A stretch of DNA of 64,000 nucleotides from sequence record NC_027399.1; one strand, written 5' to 3'. Under the pieces are notes generated by a model. It was given only the letters and a program-made list of their open reading frames with translations, was not told the origin of the DNA and searched no databases. Every line of letters starts with the position of its first letter. Positions within the stretch are counted from its first letter, which is position 1. The position numbers were made by a program, and so were the translations under genes. This document shows, in pieces, positions 56,246 to 64,000 of this stretch.

Positions 56246-57814
56246 ATGAACAAATCAATCACACCGGACGTGACTCAATATAGTATTAAAAATCAAGAAT
56301 ATCTTCTTTCTCAAATTTTTACAAATCCAGATTTGTATGTACGTTGTAAAAATATCTTAAAACCTGAATATTTTGATAAGATATTTCAAAACAGTATTCA
56401 GTACGTTCATGAATACAGTAATAAGTACAACGGTGGTTTCCCAACTCTACTTGATATTGAAGTTAAAAGTGGATTTCAATACACTGAAATTAAAGTATCT
56501 GAATTAAACAAACAAGCTGTATTAGATCATTGCGGTGAATTTTGTCGTCACAAAGCACTAGCACTTGCAGTTGAAAAGGGAATGGAATTAGTTCAACAAA
56601 AAAAATATGGTGGTATTGAAGAATTAATCCGTGAAGCCATGCTTGTTACTGTACAAAATGAATTAGGTCTTGATGTATATGAAAACCCAGAGGAAACAAT
56701 CCAGTCACTTAAAGATATGCAGGGTTCGATGCGAAGTGGATGGGATACTCTTGATTTCAAATTATTTGGTGGTTTTGGTAAACAAGAACTTGAAATATTC
56801 GCGGCGGCAAGTGGTGGTGGTAAATCGGTTGTACTACAAAATATCGCAGTTAACTTTTCCAAAATGGGATTAAATGGTGCATATATTTCACTGGAACTTG
56901 CAGAAGAACTGGTTGCGGTTCGTATCTATGGTATGATGACTGATACTAAACTGAGTACAATCAAAAGCGATGCAAGTAACATTGGTATGAAAATCGCCAT
57001 TGATGGTAAACAGTCTGGTTCACTGAGGATTAAGCGTTTACCAGAATCGATTACAACTTCTAATGATATCGAAAGTTACATTCGAGAATTACAAATAAAA
57101 ACTGGGATTAAACTGGATTATATTTGTGTGGACTACTTAGACTTGATGACCTCGGAACGTAGTACTGATGCATCAAACGTGTTTGTTAAGGATAAATTTG
57201 TATCAGAAGAATTACGTGCCTTAGCACATACTATGGACATGACTGTATTCACAGCCGCACAGTTTAACCGTAGTGGTATTAATGAAGAAAAGAAAAGTCA
57301 GGCACAAATTGCAGGTGGCATGTCAAAGATTTATACTGCTGATAACGTAATTTATATCGAAACTAATAAAGATAAAGGTGAACTTTGGTTTGACTTCCAG
57401 AAAACTCGTAACAGTTCTGCTGTAGGTTCAAAACTTCGCATGTCTTATAATATGGACTCTCTTCGAGTACTGGATCATGCACAAACAATTCAGGAGCTTG
57501 AGTGTAATAAGAGTGGTTTTAAGCTCACACAGAGCACTATGGGTGTTGGTGGAGGCTCAGTGACACAACCACCTTCGACTATGACAAGTCTTCGCCACAG
57601 CCTTTACAATGCAAATATGGGGCTATCTCAACCAGTTGAAGTTGAACACAATGTAGACAACACAAGTGTACTAAATACTGACAATGAGGATGTTTTAAAT
57701 TCACCAGCGTATGAAAATGAAACAATTGAAGAATTTGAAATTGTAGAATCGGTGCAGACAAAACTTTCTCCAAGTAAAATTAGTAATATGAGAGACTTTT
57801 TAGGGAAGAGATAG
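56246..57814 (+). CDS. gp41: Replicative helicase, gp41/DnaB-like
   Basis: AASGGGKS, ISLEL, CVDYLDLM, TAAQFNR, KTRNS. Confidence 0.92.
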   Translation: MNKSITPDVTQYSIKNQEYLLSQIFTNPDLYVRCKNILKPEYFDKIFQNSIQYVHEYSNKYNGGFPTLLDIEVKSGFQYTEIKVSELNKQAVLDHCGEFCRHKALALAVEKGMELVQQKKYGGIEELIREAMLVTVQNELGLDVYENPEETIQSLKDMQGSMRSGWDTLDFKLFGGFGKQELEIFAAASGGGKSVVLQNIAVNFSKMGLNGAYISLELAEELVAVRIYGMMTDTKLSTIKSDASNIGMKIAIDGKQSGSLRIKRLPESITTSNDIESYIRELQIKTGIKLDYICVDYLDLMTSERSTDASNVFVKDKFVSEELRALAHTMDMTVFTAAQFNRSGINEEKKSQAQIAGGMSKIYTADNVIYIETNKDKGELWFDFQKTRNSSAVGSKLRMSYNMDSLRVLDHAQTIQELECNKSGFKLTQSTMGVGGGSVTQPPSTMTSLRHSLYNANMGLSQPVEVEHNVDNTSVLNTDNEDVLNSPAYENETIEEFEIVESVQTKLSPSKISNMRDFLGKR

Positions 57815-57825
57815 GAATAATGTGA

Positions 57826-58095
57826 ATGGACGCAAAAAACCAAAATCTATTAGATAGTATTTTTGAACACACATCCGAAAAAAGATCAATACAGCATTTT
57901 AGTAATAGAGCAGATCACGCGATTAACTCTGTTATTAATTTACTTGAATATATAGAAACTGAATTTGATGCAGACGACGCTGAAGATTTAAAAAAGCGTT
58001 TATTTCTTAGTATAAAGAATAGAGACTATAAAAAGTTTCAAAAAGGATTGGAGAATATTGCACTCGATGAATCCAGAAAGAATAAGGATAATTGA
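57826..58095 (+). CDS. Hypothetical protein
   Basis: 89 aa; RADHAINSVINLL...AEDLKKRLFLSIKNRDYKKF. Confidence 0.65.
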   Translation: MDAKNQNLLDSIFEHTSEKRSIQHFSNRADHAINSVINLLEYIETEFDADDAEDLKKRLFLSIKNRDYKKFQKGLENIALDESRKNKDN

Positions 58096-58673
58096 TGATT
58101 TTTGACAAGTCCAAATTTGAAAAATTTACTAAACCACGTAAACTGAAATATATTCAGGAAAATGATTTTTTGGGATTTAATACAAAAAATGCAGTGATGG
58201 TATTATATTGTATAGAAAATGATTTAACAGATGTTGTATATGCACCTTGTGGATCTGAATGTAAAAATAACATCAACTAAACCATCCAAGTACTGTAATA
58301 GTTATAAAAACAGAAAGGAAGAAACATGTCCTCTGTGTCATAATTATTATAAAAATACAATGCAAGAGAAGTACAAAGAAAGTTGTACCAAAAAAATATG
58401 GTGTAGAAAATCCAATGAAAAGTACTGAAATTAGAGAAAACTATAAACAGAATTTCATTGAAAAAACAGGATATACAAATCCATTGTGCACAGGTACCGA
58501 TTCAAGAACAAAAAGAGATCAAACTTGTATTGTATTATTTGGTTCGGTATCTTCACAAAAACGACCCATCACTTTTGCCTAATTTAACAGAAGATGATAT
58601 AACTATCGGTTTGTATAAGTTCAATAAAATATACACTACTGGGAATTTGAAATATGAAAAAAACTATAAATGA
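58092..58673 (+). pseudogene. Frameshifted, internally deleted Hef-like homing endonuclease remnant
   Basis: Fragments YAPCGSECK / KYC...CPLC...KESCTKK / YGVENPMKSTEI / PNLTEDDITIGLYKFNKIYTTGNLKYEK match the N- and extreme C-terminus of ORF 61097-62830; +1 shift in the A7 run at 58390-58396. Confidence 0.75.
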
Positions 58674-58809
58674 AAATGCCAGTTCTGGAAGTACATCATC
58701 TGGATCTATTGCTTCCAGTACCAACGGATTACATTATCCGCTAGTCACCAGACTTCCCAAGACTAATTTCTTTGGAATGAAAGAATATAAAAAGAAGGAT
58801 AAAAAATGA
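58654..58809 (+). CDS. 51-aa ORF resembling the mature major-capsid N-terminus
   Basis: MKKTINENASSGSTSSGSIASSTNGLHYPLVTRLPKTNFFGMKEYKKKDKK*; ATGA overlap with the next gene; below the ORF-track size cut-off. Confidence 0.65.
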   Translation: MKKTINENASSGSTSSGSIASSTNGLHYPLVTRLPKTNFFGMKEYKKKDKK

Positions 58810-59198
58810 AACCATATACTTTCTATACAATCAATACAGTTGTTGATATTGGTGATGGTAGTACTCCTACTATATCAAATGGAAAGTTCACTGGTGCTAT
58901 GAATTTATCAAGGCTGGTAGAAACAATTACTATACATGATTATCCTATGATGGTAAGTATTGTAAAAACTGAAGTAGATTTATCAAAAGATAGTAATGCT
59001 GAATTTTACAATTTACCATCTGTGTGGGGAAAATGTGTTGTGAGTACTTTTAAGTTCGCATTAACAAATGATGTGACATTGAAAATTAATGGTGTTCCAT
59101 TGGTATTGCCTACTGTAGTTAATAATACCAGAATTACTAAATTCCAGACAATGAATACTAACAGGAATATCAGTATTATTAAGCAGACTTTTTATTAA
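58806..59198 (+). CDS. Hypothetical protein
   Basis: 130 aa; AAGGA RBS. Confidence 0.65.
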   Translation: MKPYTFYTINTVVDIGDGSTPTISNGKFTGAMNLSRLVETITIHDYPMMVSIVKTEVDLSKDSNAEFYNLPSVWGKCVVSTFKFALTNDVTLKINGVPLVLPTVVNNTRITKFQTMNTNRNISIIKQTFY

Positions 59199-59238
59199 AA
59201 TAAATAATTGAAAGATCTTTTTTACAAAAGGAATTAAA

Positions 59239-60210
59239 ATGGATATTCAACAAACATCACAAGAATTACAAAAATTTGCTGATTCTCAGGGAATGAATAT
59301 TGATGTTTCTACTGTACTCGATAATATGGATGCTGGTGATTTCGTGGAATTGAATTCGGCTATCGACTCTAACAATAATCAAGAAATTTTTAAAATTCTT
59401 CAAAAATATAAAGCACGTATGAGTGAAAGTTTTGAATATTTTAGTCCAACATATGTACTTAAATACGTAACCGAAAATTCAAAACTAAAAGAAATTGATA
59501 ATTATAGTATTAAAGAATTAAAAGAAGCGTATTCAAAATTCAGTACATATGGTGATATTTCAGAATTTAGTACTCAGGAATTAAAAGCATTAGTGTATGA
59601 AGATATAACACAGAATGCTACACAGCTTAATGCGTTAAAAACTAGTAATATTGCACAACAAAATCTACAACAGCAACAACAACAAATTAATCCACAGACA
59701 CAGGCTAAAGTTAAACAAGCAGAATTACAAAAAGGTACGGGTAATATGAAAGTATCTGTTCCTGGTCAACAATCTGGTACAGATGAAATTGAACCCCTTG
59801 TTGGTATTGATGTTGGACAAACACCACAACAGACATTGGTTGTTACTAAAAGTGGTTCTAAACCAAATCAGGTTAATATATTTGGTCTAGATGACGTCAC
59901 CCCAGTTCAGGAATCAAGAAAACTAATGGATGACATTGATAAGATCTGCACAGAAGAAAAATCTGTACAAGAGATTAATGCAGAAACTAAAAATGTTGCT
60001 CCGCCAGCACCTGAACAAAGTGGAACGCCATCGCCAGTTACTTATACTGCTCCTGGTATGGGTGAGTTTATTCATTCAGTACAGGACGTTCCATTTGAAG
60101 ATGATTTCAGTGGAGAAGAAAGCCCATTAGGAAATTCTAAATTTGAACAGAATGATGAAATTGTTAACGATATAATTGATTTATGTAATCGAATGGATAA
60201 TAGAAAATGA
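59239..60210 (+). CDS. Putative head/internal virion protein
   Basis: AATAAATA upstream; Q-rich; several X-X-E-S sites. Confidence 0.5.
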   Translation: MDIQQTSQELQKFADSQGMNIDVSTVLDNMDAGDFVELNSAIDSNNNQEIFKILQKYKARMSESFEYFSPTYVLKYVTENSKLKEIDNYSIKELKEAYSKFSTYGDISEFSTQELKALVYEDITQNATQLNALKTSNIAQQNLQQQQQQINPQTQAKVKQAELQKGTGNMKVSVPGQQSGTDEIEPLVGIDVGQTPQQTLVVTKSGSKPNQVNIFGLDDVTPVQESRKLMDDIDKICTEEKSVQEINAETKNVAPPAPEQSGTPSPVTYTAPGMGEFIHSVQDVPFEDDFSGEESPLGNSKFEQNDEIVNDIIDLCNRMDNRK

Positions 60211-60401
60211 GATCTATAAAAACCGACAATGGTTATAGTATTATCCTTAGTAATGAAGAGTACTCATTATATAGAAAAATTAAAGCTAGAAAAAAAATTC
60301 ACGAAGAATCTCTTCCTGAATATTATCAAGAACTCGCCAATAAACTGGTATCAAGGGGTGTTCTTGATAAAACTGAAGATAATATATATACAGTAAAATA
60401 A
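60207..60401 (+). CDS. Small hypothetical protein
   Basis: 64 aa, coupled to the upstream gene; LSNEE...ANKLVSRGVL. Confidence 0.6.
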   Translation: MRSIKTDNGYSIILSNEEYSLYRKIKARKKIHEESLPEYYQELANKLVSRGVLDKTEDNIYTVK

Positions 60402-60425
60402 TACAATGTAATTAAAGGAAGTTAT

Positions 60426-61079
60426 ATGAGTTATTATTCTGATGATTATGAACAAAATAAGAAGGCTAAATCAGAAATTTCTGATTTACTTACTGACTTG
60501 TATGATATTGGTTTTTATGATAAAAATGATATCCCACCACCGGTAAGCACGGCACCTGATTATGGTTATGATTATATTACAGAAGGTGTACAAGGTACTT
60601 ATTCACTGGATGAAAATGGTATTCCAGTTAATGTAGTACAACCCACTATCCCAGAACAGTACTATACTGAACCTGTTATTCAAAAACCAAAAAATACTAA
60701 AAAATGGGATTTAGTTGAAGATCACTATCCAGGTACTAAAAGTACTAAAGTCTATAGTATTAAATGTAATTCAAATGACCAAATTATTATGAATAACATT
60801 TTAATGCACGAAGCCGCTTTAACTTTAGTAAATCTTTTAAATGAAGGTAGAATGTTAACTGATCCAAAAATTCTTGGTATAATCAGCAGTGGTATTCAAT
60901 TTACTTCAGTTATGAATGAGGTCATAAAAGTATCAAAAGAACGTCTTGTGGTACTAAATGAAGCTCGTTATGATGATGCAAAAGAATTGGATGTAAAAAT
61001 TGCCGAAAAGAAAAATGAAGCATATAAACTGAAAAAACGTGTACTGGATTTTCTAAAAACTGAAGGCTACATTAAATAG
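60426..61079 (+). CDS. Hypothetical protein
   Basis: 217 aa; AAGGA RBS. Confidence 0.65.
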   Translation: MSYYSDDYEQNKKAKSEISDLLTDLYDIGFYDKNDIPPPVSTAPDYGYDYITEGVQGTYSLDENGIPVNVVQPTIPEQYYTEPVIQKPKNTKKWDLVEDHYPGTKSTKVYSIKCNSNDQIIMNNILMHEAALTLVNLLNEGRMLTDPKILGIISSGIQFTSVMNEVIKVSKERLVVLNEARYDDAKELDVKIAEKKNEAYKLKKRVLDFLKTEGYIK

Positions 61080-61096
61080 TACTTCAAGGGAATGAA

Positions 61097-62830
61097 ATGA
61101 AAAAATATCTGAAAAATTTAGATACAGAAACAGAAAATCTATTTAATGAAATTCGTTCATTACTAAGTAACAAAAATAGTAAATCATGGCATACCTCAAT
61201 AAATGCTTCTGGAAGGGAGCATTTAAAAAACGCGGTACTCAGAGTCTATCCAAGTAGTGATTTTTTATTATCAGAAGCATTAAAACTGATTATCAATCAA
61301 GAAGAACCACCGTATGCAGTATGTGGTAGAAAATGTAAGTATTTTAATGGTCAGTATGATAGATATTGTTCATTGGGTGTCAAACCCAATAAAAACACTT
61401 ATTGTGAGAAGTGCAATAAACACTGGCGAGAAAAGAAAAACAAATCCACAAAAGAAAACTGTCTAAATCAGTACAATGTTGAACACCCTTTTCAGCGAAA
61501 TGATGTGAAAACAAAAGTACATGAAACTAAAATACGAAAATACGGTACTAATTATAATAAAATAATTTCAAACAAATCATTCAGTACTTATTATAATAAA
61601 ACTGGATATTCATGTCCATTGAGTAATCCAGATATACAACAAAAAATTAAAGAAACTAATATTAAAAATTATGGATATGAAAATCCCGGTTCATCTCCAT
61701 TAATTGTACAAAAAAGAAAAAATACCCAGAAGAAATTATATGGTCATGAACATTCTATGCAGAATGGTGATATAAAACTAAAGGTATTGATTAAATCTGC
61801 CACACAGAGAATGGATAGTATAAATTCAAAACTTGAATTTACTAATTTTATTCCTTTGTTTGATATTAGTGATTTAATTGGTTTGGATACATATAACAAA
61901 ATGCCATACTGGTGTAATACACATGGTTTATTTTATTCATGTAGTAATTATAAAATTATATGTAATGAATGCACTCCCGTTCATATAAGCACACAACACA
62001 AAGAGATATTAAATTTTATAGAAAATCTTGGTATTGAATGTGTAACGAATACACGCTCTGTTTTAAAAAGTACTATGGAATTGGATATTTTTATACCTGA
62101 CTTGAATGTTGCAATAGAAATTAATGGTATGTACTGGCATAGTACTGAATACAAAGAACGACTGTATCATCAAAACAAAATGTTGGAATGTAAAGAACAT
62201 GGCATTCACTTAATACAGATATGGGAAGATGAATGGAATACCAAACAAGATTTGGTTAAATTTCGTTTGATGAATGTATTAAAATGCTCCAGTACTATAT
62301 ATGCAAGAAAATGTAAAATAAAAGAAATCAATAAAAAAGAATGTGATAATTTTATTAATACATACCATATCCAAGGTTCTAGTTCATCATCTATTAGAAT
62401 TGGTTTATATTACGAAAATGAATTATATGCAGTTATGACATTTGGAAAATCCAGATTTGATAAAACTGTTCAGTATGAATTGATACGATATTGTTCAAAA
62501 AGTACAGTCGTTGGCGGTGCATCTAAATTATTAAAGTACTTTGAGAAGAAATACAAACCAGTGTCGTTGATTTCTTATGCAGATGCGTGTTGGAGTACTG
62601 GTGATTTATATATTAAACTTGGTTTTACATATAATGGATTAACTGAACCTGGTTATTTTTATTACAAATCAAGTACTGGTAGAATTTCAAGGCATCAATG
62701 TCAAAAGAAAAAACTAGTCAATCAGGGATATGATGAAAATTTATCAGAATATCAAATATGTACCACTGTACTTAAATATAACAAAATATTTGATTGTGGT
62801 AATTTTAAATTCACTAAATATTACATATAA
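61097..62830 (+). CDS. Hef-like homing endonuclease (YGVE.P-type repeats, Vsr/DUF559-type nuclease, GNAT/Mom-like C-terminus)
   Basis: LDIFIPDLNVAIEINGMYWHS..., IWEDEW, ARKCKIKEI...HIQG...MTFG..R...YELIRYC...VVGGASKLLKYF...SYAD. Confidence 0.75.
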   Translation: MKKYLKNLDTETENLFNEIRSLLSNKNSKSWHTSINASGREHLKNAVLRVYPSSDFLLSEALKLIINQEEPPYAVCGRKCKYFNGQYDRYCSLGVKPNKNTYCEKCNKHWREKKNKSTKENCLNQYNVEHPFQRNDVKTKVHETKIRKYGTNYNKIISNKSFSTYYNKTGYSCPLSNPDIQQKIKETNIKNYGYENPGSSPLIVQKRKNTQKKLYGHEHSMQNGDIKLKVLIKSATQRMDSINSKLEFTNFIPLFDISDLIGLDTYNKMPYWCNTHGLFYSCSNYKIICNECTPVHISTQHKEILNFIENLGIECVTNTRSVLKSTMELDIFIPDLNVAIEINGMYWHSTEYKERLYHQNKMLECKEHGIHLIQIWEDEWNTKQDLVKFRLMNVLKCSSTIYARKCKIKEINKKECDNFINTYHIQGSSSSSIRIGLYYENELYAVMTFGKSRFDKTVQYELIRYCSKSTVVGGASKLLKYFEKKYKPVSLISYADACWSTGDLYIKLGFTYNGLTEPGYFYYKSSTGRISRHQCQKKKLVNQGYDENLSEYQICTTVLKYNKIFDCGNFKFTKYYI

Positions 62831-62849
62831 CTTATAAGGAATATATAAA

Positions 62850-63473
62850 ATGTCTGACATTAAAAAAATCATGGAAGCTGAAAATCGTGTAGAAGCACTG
62901 AAGTTCATGCAGATTAATGAAAGTAATATTGAAAAACTGGAAGTGGTTCTCGCAATCAAATCTGGTATTGCCGATAAACTACAACGTGCTTCTGAGCAGT
63001 TGATGAACTACAGCGTTGACGTTCTCGGTCCAATTGTTGATCGTATTAAAGCAGAAGAAGGTATTGAAGTGGCCGAAGAATTTCAGTCCAGAGTTAAAAA
63101 CATCCTTCAACATGCAGCAGATGTAGTTATGGATGCTAAAGACCAGATCACTAACGAAACTCTTAAACTTACTGGTGATGTAGCTGATAATCCAGATGTG
63201 GCTGATATCGGTATTGATGATGATCTAACCGTTGATGAGGAAACCCCAACTTTTGATATGGAATCTGATGCTTCCTTTGATGATATTGAAGAACCTGTAC
63301 CGGAAGATCGTGCAATGAAAGAATCTGTACAATATACCCAAGTTGGTATCAAAATGGAAAGTACTAAAGGTACTATTGGTACAAAATATTTCAGTACTCA
63401 TAAAGAAGCTGAAAAATGGCTCAAAGAAAATGAATCTAAAGTCAAAAAAGTACTTGGGTTCGAGAAAAAATAA
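62850..63473 (+). CDS. Putative head-associated protein
   Basis: Acidic, helical; IME and MKES candidate cleavage sites. Confidence 0.5.
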   Translation: MSDIKKIMEAENRVEALKFMQINESNIEKLEVVLAIKSGIADKLQRASEQLMNYSVDVLGPIVDRIKAEEGIEVAEEFQSRVKNILQHAADVVMDAKDQITNETLKLTGDVADNPDVADIGIDDDLTVDEETPTFDMESDASFDDIEEPVPEDRAMKESVQYTQVGIKMESTKGTIGTKYFSTHKEAEKWLKENESKVKKVLGFEKK

Positions 63474-63481
63474 GGTTAATT

Positions 63482-63832
63482 ATGAAATTTCGTGATATTG
63501 TAAAAATCACAGAAGATGCACCACCAAAAGATATTCGCAATATGATCACCAGTATTGCATTATCACTAGTTGCATCTGGTAGGGAAGAGGTTGGTATTCA
63601 GTCATTGGTTAATGAAATTAAGAAAAGGACTGGTATTGATGTTCCTTATAATGTGATGATGGATATTTTAAATTCGTTGCCATTTGTTCAGGATGCAAAT
63701 TCTGATAGAGTACAATTTTCAGGAACTGATACCAGTACTGACTTTAAGCAACCTAATTCAGAAGAAAGTTCTGAACAAAAAGTACAAGATATGGCTGGTA
63801 AAGCAGCCACCGACAGTATGAAATCACTATAA
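63482..63832 (+). CDS. Putative head-associated protein
   Basis: MKFRDIVKITED N-terminus resembles a capsid-targeting leader. Confidence 0.5.
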   Translation: MKFRDIVKITEDAPPKDIRNMITSIALSLVASGREEVGIQSLVNEIKKRTGIDVPYNVMMDILNSLPFVQDANSDRVQFSGTDTSTDFKQPNSEESSEQKVQDMAGKAATDSMKSL

Positions 63833-63837
63833 AATTT

Positions 63838-63867
63838 TTGAACAAAAAGACAAAAATAAGCTATAAT
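63838..63867 (+). promoter_or_regulatory. Early/middle promoter TTGAAC-N18-TATAAT
   Basis: Motif family member upstream of the ATG at 63885. Confidence 0.6.
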
Positions 63868-63884
63868 TATGGAGTAACAAGGGA

Positions 63885-64000
63885 ATGTTTGTTCCACCTA
63901 TTATTAGCAGATATTCTTATGTTGATTATAAAAGAATTGAAGGCGGCTCTCAGGGTCGCCTTTATTCTACCCCAACCGGAAATCTGCCATCGGTAACTAC
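63885..64000 (+). CDS. 5' end of a PD-(D/E)xK (Cas4/ExoV-like) exonuclease, running off the window
   Basis: Hand translation MFVPPIISRYSYVDYKRIEGGSQGRLYSTPTGNLPSVT matches the R.Y.TP.G..PSVTT N-terminus of phage exonucleases. Confidence 0.65.
   Translation, partial: MFVPPIISRYSYVDYKRIEGGSQGRLYSTPTGNLPSVT

Noticed and set aside
63942-63962. GGCGGC...GTCGCC hairpin as a terminator
   Set aside because: Lies inside the open frame starting at 63885 (GGSQGRL) of an exonuclease-like gene.

Overview
A 64 kb slice of an AT-rich (about 30% GC by eye) jumbo myophage, distantly T4-like. Gene order and content resemble RaK2/GAP32/PBECO4-type phages (recalled, not searched). Contents in order: baseplate/tail genes on the minus strand (gp6, gp25, a free lysozyme, gp5 with a C-terminal lysozyme, gp53, tube initiator); a repeat-rich non-coding locus at about 3.7-4.4 kb; late sigma gp55, gp47/gp46, endonuclease VII and gp26; tape measure; the head module (portal, core proteins, protease, scaffold, major capsid broken at an N); a tail fibre; B-family DNA polymerase, clamp, GroES, RNase H; an intein-containing large terminase; gp32, UvsX, UvsY, exonuclease, UvsW; a 213-aa mini DnaE-like protein; primase and helicase; and putative head proteins. 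Four free-standing homing-endonuclease-like genes and one decayed copy are interspersed. No tRNA, rRNA or CRISPR array was found. Strongest unexplained signals: (1) about 125 copies of the palindrome AGTACT, roughly 5-6 times expectation; (2) a T-TTT-TTC slippery site that would fuse gp26 to a start-less gp51-like ORF; (3) a minimal C-family polymerase core; (4) three GIY-YIG-type nucleases with variable-number Zn-repeat arrays; (5) a class 3 (WCT) intein starting with Leu; (6) a 51-aa ORF mimicking the mature capsid N-terminus. All protein calls come from motif recognition, with no database search.
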